NCBI GenBank assembly: GCA_950097015.1
Contig: CATNEN010000007.1
Coordinates: 5,766,001 to 5,830,000, forward strand
Direction: 5' to 3'
From: Macrostomum hystrix
Taxonomy: Eukaryota > Animalia > Platyhelminthes
DNA length: 64,000 nucleotides
Below, piece by piece: positions 58,996-64,000 of the stretch. Every line of letters starts with the position of its first letter. Position 1 is the first letter of the stretch. Below the pieces are notes generated by a model, which worked only from the letters and a program-made list of their open reading frames with translations, made no database searches and was not told where the DNA came from. Made by a program: the position numbers and the translations under genes.

Positions 58996-60842
58996 TCAGA
59001 GGTTCAGCAGATCGGCTGACTGGAACATGTCCACCACAAGCCGGTCGATCGGCATGGCACCCACCGTGGCCTTAAAGAACAGCGTCTGGATGGTGTCCGG
59101 CGACACCGCTCTGAGCGCGGGCATCAGGCAGAGCAGCAACTTTCCAAAGCGGAACACCCGGTCTGGGTAGATGGACTCAATGTGCCTGCTCAGGGCTAGC
59201 TGGGCCTGCTCGTGCAGCTGCGACACCTGCTCCGCCTCCTGGAGAACCTGCGAGTCAGCCGGCTGGCCGTTGGACGCTGCAGAAATCGAGTGCGAGTTAA
59301 AATCATTAGCCATTTATTCGCGAATGCCAAGAGTGAGTATAGGCCCAATCGATTCTATAGCCAGCGGTCACTAATTCGGTCGAATATCAGGTTATCGTGT
59401 CAATGCTAATTGCATTACTATACTCACGAAATCATTAACTTTCCTAGAAACTCGATCATCTCACATCCTGGCGGAGTTTTCCAGCCTATCAGGGGGCGAT
59501 CTCGGTCACTTTCTCATGCACACCCGGCCTACCCTGGCTACTGCGAGCTCATTTCCACTGCTCAACCCCGGCCCCGAGGGCAACTGAGTGACGGCCAACT
59601 CACCGCTGGGAGGCCGGAACAGCGCCACGCCTTTCAGGCACGCGAACTCGGTGGCGTCCAGCTCCAATGCTCGGAACTTGTCCAGCAGGCCTTCCAGGGC
59701 GCGCGCCTCCGCGGCCAGCGAAGCCGACCCGGTTGAGTCGTCGGCGTCGTCGTCTTCATCGTCGCCGCTGAGGCCGGCGGCGCGCAGCAGGGCGTCGGCG
59801 CTGACGGGCAGCTGGAGCTGCACGGCGGACAGCAGGAAAAGGTCGCGCCAGTTGGCTCGGAGCAGGGCGAGCTGGTCCGCCTGCGGCAGGGCGACAAAGG
59901 CTGGCACCGCCTTCAGCCAGCGGGCGTTGAGGAACAGCAGGCGGGCCGCCAGCTCACAGGCCATGCGGGCCGGGTCCCAGCTGGCCGCTGGGTTGGCGGA
60001 TGAAGCTCCGTTGGCGGCTGCCACTGAGGCGTCGGCGGTAGAGGAAGTCGAAGACGAAGAAACTGCTGCGGCGTTGGAAGCGGCGTTTGGTTGGCTCGGT
60101 GGCGATGGCAAAGTCAAAGTCGGCGGCGGCAGCGGCAGCGGCAGCGAGAATGACGACTGCTGCGATGGCATCTGCAGCGCTGGAGGCGGCTGATGATGCA
60201 GATGCTTCACTCCGCTGGCAGAGGAAGTGGCGGCGGCTGCGGCTGCGGCGGCAGCGGCGAGTAGCGCCGGTGGGAGCGGCAGCGGCAGCGGGTAGCGGGG
60301 CATCGGCTGGTAGGGGTAGCCAGCTGCTGCTGCCGCAGCCGCCGCAGCGGCCGACTGTTGCTGCAGCTGGTGCAGCTGGTGCAGCTGGTGCAGCTGATGA
60401 AGTTGGTGCAGCTGGTGAAGCTGATGCAGCGGATGATGCTGCGGTGTCGGCGGCTGCGACAGCTGCGTTGGAGTTGAGGTGGAGAGCGGCTGTGATGGCG
60501 GCTGCGCCAACGTTGACTGTGACATCAGACTTGTCTGAGCGCTGCTGCCAATCGCAGGCGCAGCCTGAGTCGTTGATGTCGCAGAGACGGAGGCAGCTGC
60601 AGCTGCAGCGGCTGCAGCGGCCGCGGCGGCTGCGGCTATGGCGGCCGCAGAGGACGTATGACTCATCGTGGAGCTGCCGCTGTTAATGCCTCCGACGACT
60701 CCAACACCGCTACCGTCGCTGACGCCGTTGATGCCGCCTGCGGCTGAGGAGATGGCCGAGGCGGCGGCGGCGGCTTCCCGGATGTACAGAGCCACCTGAC
60801 GCCTGAGGGTGGCATTACGAGGCCCGCGCTCGTGCTGCACGG
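58996..60842 (-). CDS. tll: Tailless/TLX (NR2E1) nuclear receptor, T-box + hinge + LBD; DNA-binding exons not in the window
   Basis: Exons 60842-59604 and 59276-58996. AVQHERGPRNATLRRQVALY; CELAARLLFLNARWLKAVPAF..LPQADQLALL..WRDLFLL; DATEFACLKGVALF; RFGKLLL..PALRAVSPDTI..LFFKATVGAMPIDRLVVDMF. Confidence 0.93.
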
Positions 60843-62599
60843 CTGTAAGGTTAAGCGAAGGAATCTAATTTGAATCGGAGTGACGGGTGAGCAGCCACGC
60901 CCTGTAGCATTTCAGTAGAGATAATTTTGTCCATTTTGCTGGAGTGAAAGCTCGCGATAATGATCTGCTGTGACAGGTTGAGCGATTCTGAGGCCTACTT
61001 GAGTAGTTATTTCATTGCGTGCCCAATAAGAGCGAATGCCTGAGGGGATTTGGGGTTGCGAAGCAAGGGCAGGAGTGAGTAAGAGTCACTTGTCTCCGCT
61101 TAGAAACGAAAATTTGAAGTCGAAAATTTGAAACGGTTTCAACGAGAGCCCATCCTTGCCCCCACCCGGACCCGCTGGTGGGCGTAGCGTTTAAGGGAGT
61201 TGTGTTACAGCTCCGAGTGCCTGCCGCATGCACTTCCTTCTCATCTCTCTTGTTTCTCTGTTTCTTTTTCTCGTTCGCTTCCGGCTCAGAAACGCCAAGT
61301 GCGCCCGCCCGACTGTCTGTCAGTATCGGAGCAGATGTGGAGCTCTGAATTGGGAGGTCTCATTTCCCAGCCTCTGTCAGCCGGGCAGCTGGTGAAATGT
61401 GATCCGCCAGTTCTAGAAGTTCGACTTGCCGAGTCAGTGAATGATTCCTTTACATAATCAGTTTGAAAATCTTTCAAATATTTTTGCGGAATTCAACAAC
61501 TTTCAGAATTCTGTTAGTCCCCTCGGTAAATCCTGCGCGAGAAGCTTGAACAATGTCTGCCATTTCCATAAAGTGTATGCGGACTTCACGGACCCCCGCA
61601 GCGACCCTTGCACTCCAGTCCGCATCGCGCTGAGTGCTTGCGAGTCAAGCTTGTGCTTCCACACTTATGCAGGATCTACCTGGCTCAGTCTCAAATATAG
61701 CTAAAATTTGAAGTGGTCCTCATACACAGAGACTCATCTTGATTGTATATGTTGTGAGTCTGGTCTGGATGGTTGTTGAGTCCCCTTCAGCGAGGTCCCA
61801 TCTCTTAAATAGGAGTCTCTTATTGTAGGATCTTTCATTGCTAGCAGAGATTCTGCACAAGTTATTGCTACCTCAGATGAGGCAGAAGGGAAGGCTTGAT
61901 GAGGGAGGAACTCAAAGCAGAGACGTTTGTGAATAACAGTTTTGATTTCGCAATCTCAGGCTCATTGCACACCAAAATCATGCAATGATTTATTGACTCA
62001 AACAATTTTTCAATTTAGTTTCCTTATTAATTGACCGGTCGACACGCACTCAAATAGCATTCATTACTTATTCGCTGGGTCGATTGGGCAAAAGCCGCTA
62101 TAAAATTGTGGCACCCAATGTGCTATTCTGTGTGCTTAGTTTCATTTGGGTGAAAATTTGAGCAAATTTGGCCCGTCTTGCTACCGCCCCCCCTGTTCAC
62201 ACAGCGCCGCCGCGACAGAACTGCCAACATTTTCAAGTCATGTCAATTGAACAGCGGAGAACTGGTCAGGGCCAGACAGACAATAAGAATTCTATAAGTT
62301 CTTCTATACGTCTCATAGCGAGATTTATAATAGATATTTGTGTGCTCTGCCGGCCCCTGCCAGAATGCGCTTCGCTCTGTTTGCTCTGGGGCTGGCTGCG
62401 GCTTGGCGTCTGTTTTGATTCTCACACCTTCCAGGCGGCTCAACCGGGCCTTCAACAACTGTGAAAAATTGGAAAAGCCAACAAAGCCGCTCACTGCATG
62501 TCTATCTGTGTTTCCCCGTCTCCTGCTCGCTGGCTTTGTAAATCTTTGACTCACTTCTCACACTTACTTGACATTTTCTTTTAATTACTATCACCGTCC

Positions 62600-63143
62600 G
62601 ACCGTTCACGCACACCTCAGTGTCACCGTTCACCCACTCCTCAGTGTCACCGTTCACCCACTCCTCAGTGTCACCGTTCACCCACTCCTCAGTGTCACCG
62701 TTCACCCACTCCTCACTGTCACCGTTCACCCACTCCTCACTGTCACCGTTCACCCACTCCTCAGTGTCACCGTTCACCCACTCAGTGTCACTCACACCCC
62801 AGTATCACCGATCACCCACTCCTCAGTGTCACCGTTCACCCACTCCTCAGTGTCACCGTTCACCCACTCAGTGTCACTCACACCCCAGTATCACCGATCA
62901 CCCACTCCTCAGTGTCACCGTTCACCCACTCCTCAGTGTCACCGTTCACCCACTCCTCAGTGTCACCGTTCACCCACTCCTCAGTATCACCGATCACCCA
63001 CTCTTCAGTGTCACCGTTCACCCACTCCTCAGTGTCACCGTTCACCCACTCCTCAGTGTCACCGTTCACCCACTCCTCAGTGTCACCGTTCACCCACTCA
63101 GTGTCACTCACACCCCAGTATCACCGATCACTCACTCCTCAGT
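62600..63143. repeat. 24-bp minisatellite (cagtgtcaccgttcacccactcct)
   Basis: Tandem copies in the presumed TLX intron. Confidence 0.96.
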
Positions 63144-64000
63144 GAATGACCAAAGCAGATTTGGCTAGAAAATAACAGGCGCATTGCAAAAAGTGGTCGG
63201 TCAGTCAGTTGAGGTTGGGGCAATCAGTTCATGATGAATCATTTTGTCTCAAAAAATTCTCGTTTCCTTGTCTTCTGACATTGTAAAGTTCGTCAGCAAA
63301 GCCTCACTGACTGTTTGCCTTCCACTGGTTCACAATGCCACTCGGGCGCCAACCTGTTTGGCACCGGTTCTCTATTGAAACTGCAAGACTGACTGCAGCG
63401 CTCTAAATATGGAAAGAAATCCTTGTCAAAATATCGCATTCAAAAACGGCTTCCATTTTTTTCGGTCTGAAGACCCGAGCCCGAGCAGACAGAAAAAGAA
63501 TAAGATCAGTTAGAATTAAAGAAAACAGAAAAAATGATAATAATAGCCAGTGTTTGAGAAGCAGACTAACTTGACTGACGGCCTGGGACACCCACTCCGC
63601 TTCCATTTCTGAGGCCGGGCTCGCTGACAGAGTCAACAACACATTTTCCACTATGCGCCGTTTTTTTCTTCAGAAAAAATGAATAAATGAGACGAGAGAC
63701 AAGCAGCGTGAGTCTTTTGAATTGAAAGCACACACCACAATGACCAGGCAGGCACAGAGCCACAGCCAAGCACAGTGTGAGAAAAGCCAAATGCAAAGTC
63801 AGCAGCAGAAGGCTGTGTCTGTGTCTGTGTCACGACTTGGCTACCTACCACTGATCATTCGTGCCCCCATGCAGCAAATTCTGCCAGCCAGCACACATCA
63901 CCTGTCAACCAGACCTGTCAAATAGCGATGATAAAATATAAAGAACAAAATCTGTCTATACTCAGAGAGAGAAGAGAAATATAGAGTCTTGAAGAAGTTA

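Noticed and set aside
60843-64000. TLX zinc-finger exons
   Set aside because: No C4 zinc-finger coding sequence was found; they are presumed to lie beyond the window.

Overview
Eukaryotic, intron-rich animal DNA with GC-rich exons and more than 25 distinct minisatellite arrays. The architecture resembles the flatworm Macrostomum lignano; this is an inference, not verified. Genes: the 3' part of a LIV-1 ZIP metal transporter carrying the ZIP8/ZIP14-type EEXPHE motif (+, 772-4770); a complete ~21-exon four-domain Nav2 (BSC1/DSC1-type) channel with a DEEA filter (-, 11405-29607); a TEX26-like gene (+); a shortened CCDC177-like gene (-); a processed phospholipid scramblase pseudogene; the last exon of JTB (-); DAD1 and LLPH (+); and the hinge plus ligand-binding domain of a tailless/TLX nuclear receptor (-). 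Mobile DNA: a decayed gag, three tRNA-SINE families, hAT/Buster MITEs that carry a minisatellite, a young 5'-truncated RTE LINE, a decayed CR1-type ORF1, and a PHD-FLYWCH Mutator-like element nested in a related MITE. The most notable observations are an Arg at the Nav domain IV S6 local-anaesthetic Phe position, a GC-AG intron and a 30-nt candidate microexon in Nav2, a segment that reads as an exon on both strands at the Nav2 start, and minisatellites that systematically abut, or are built from, splice sites. All exon boundaries were read by eye.
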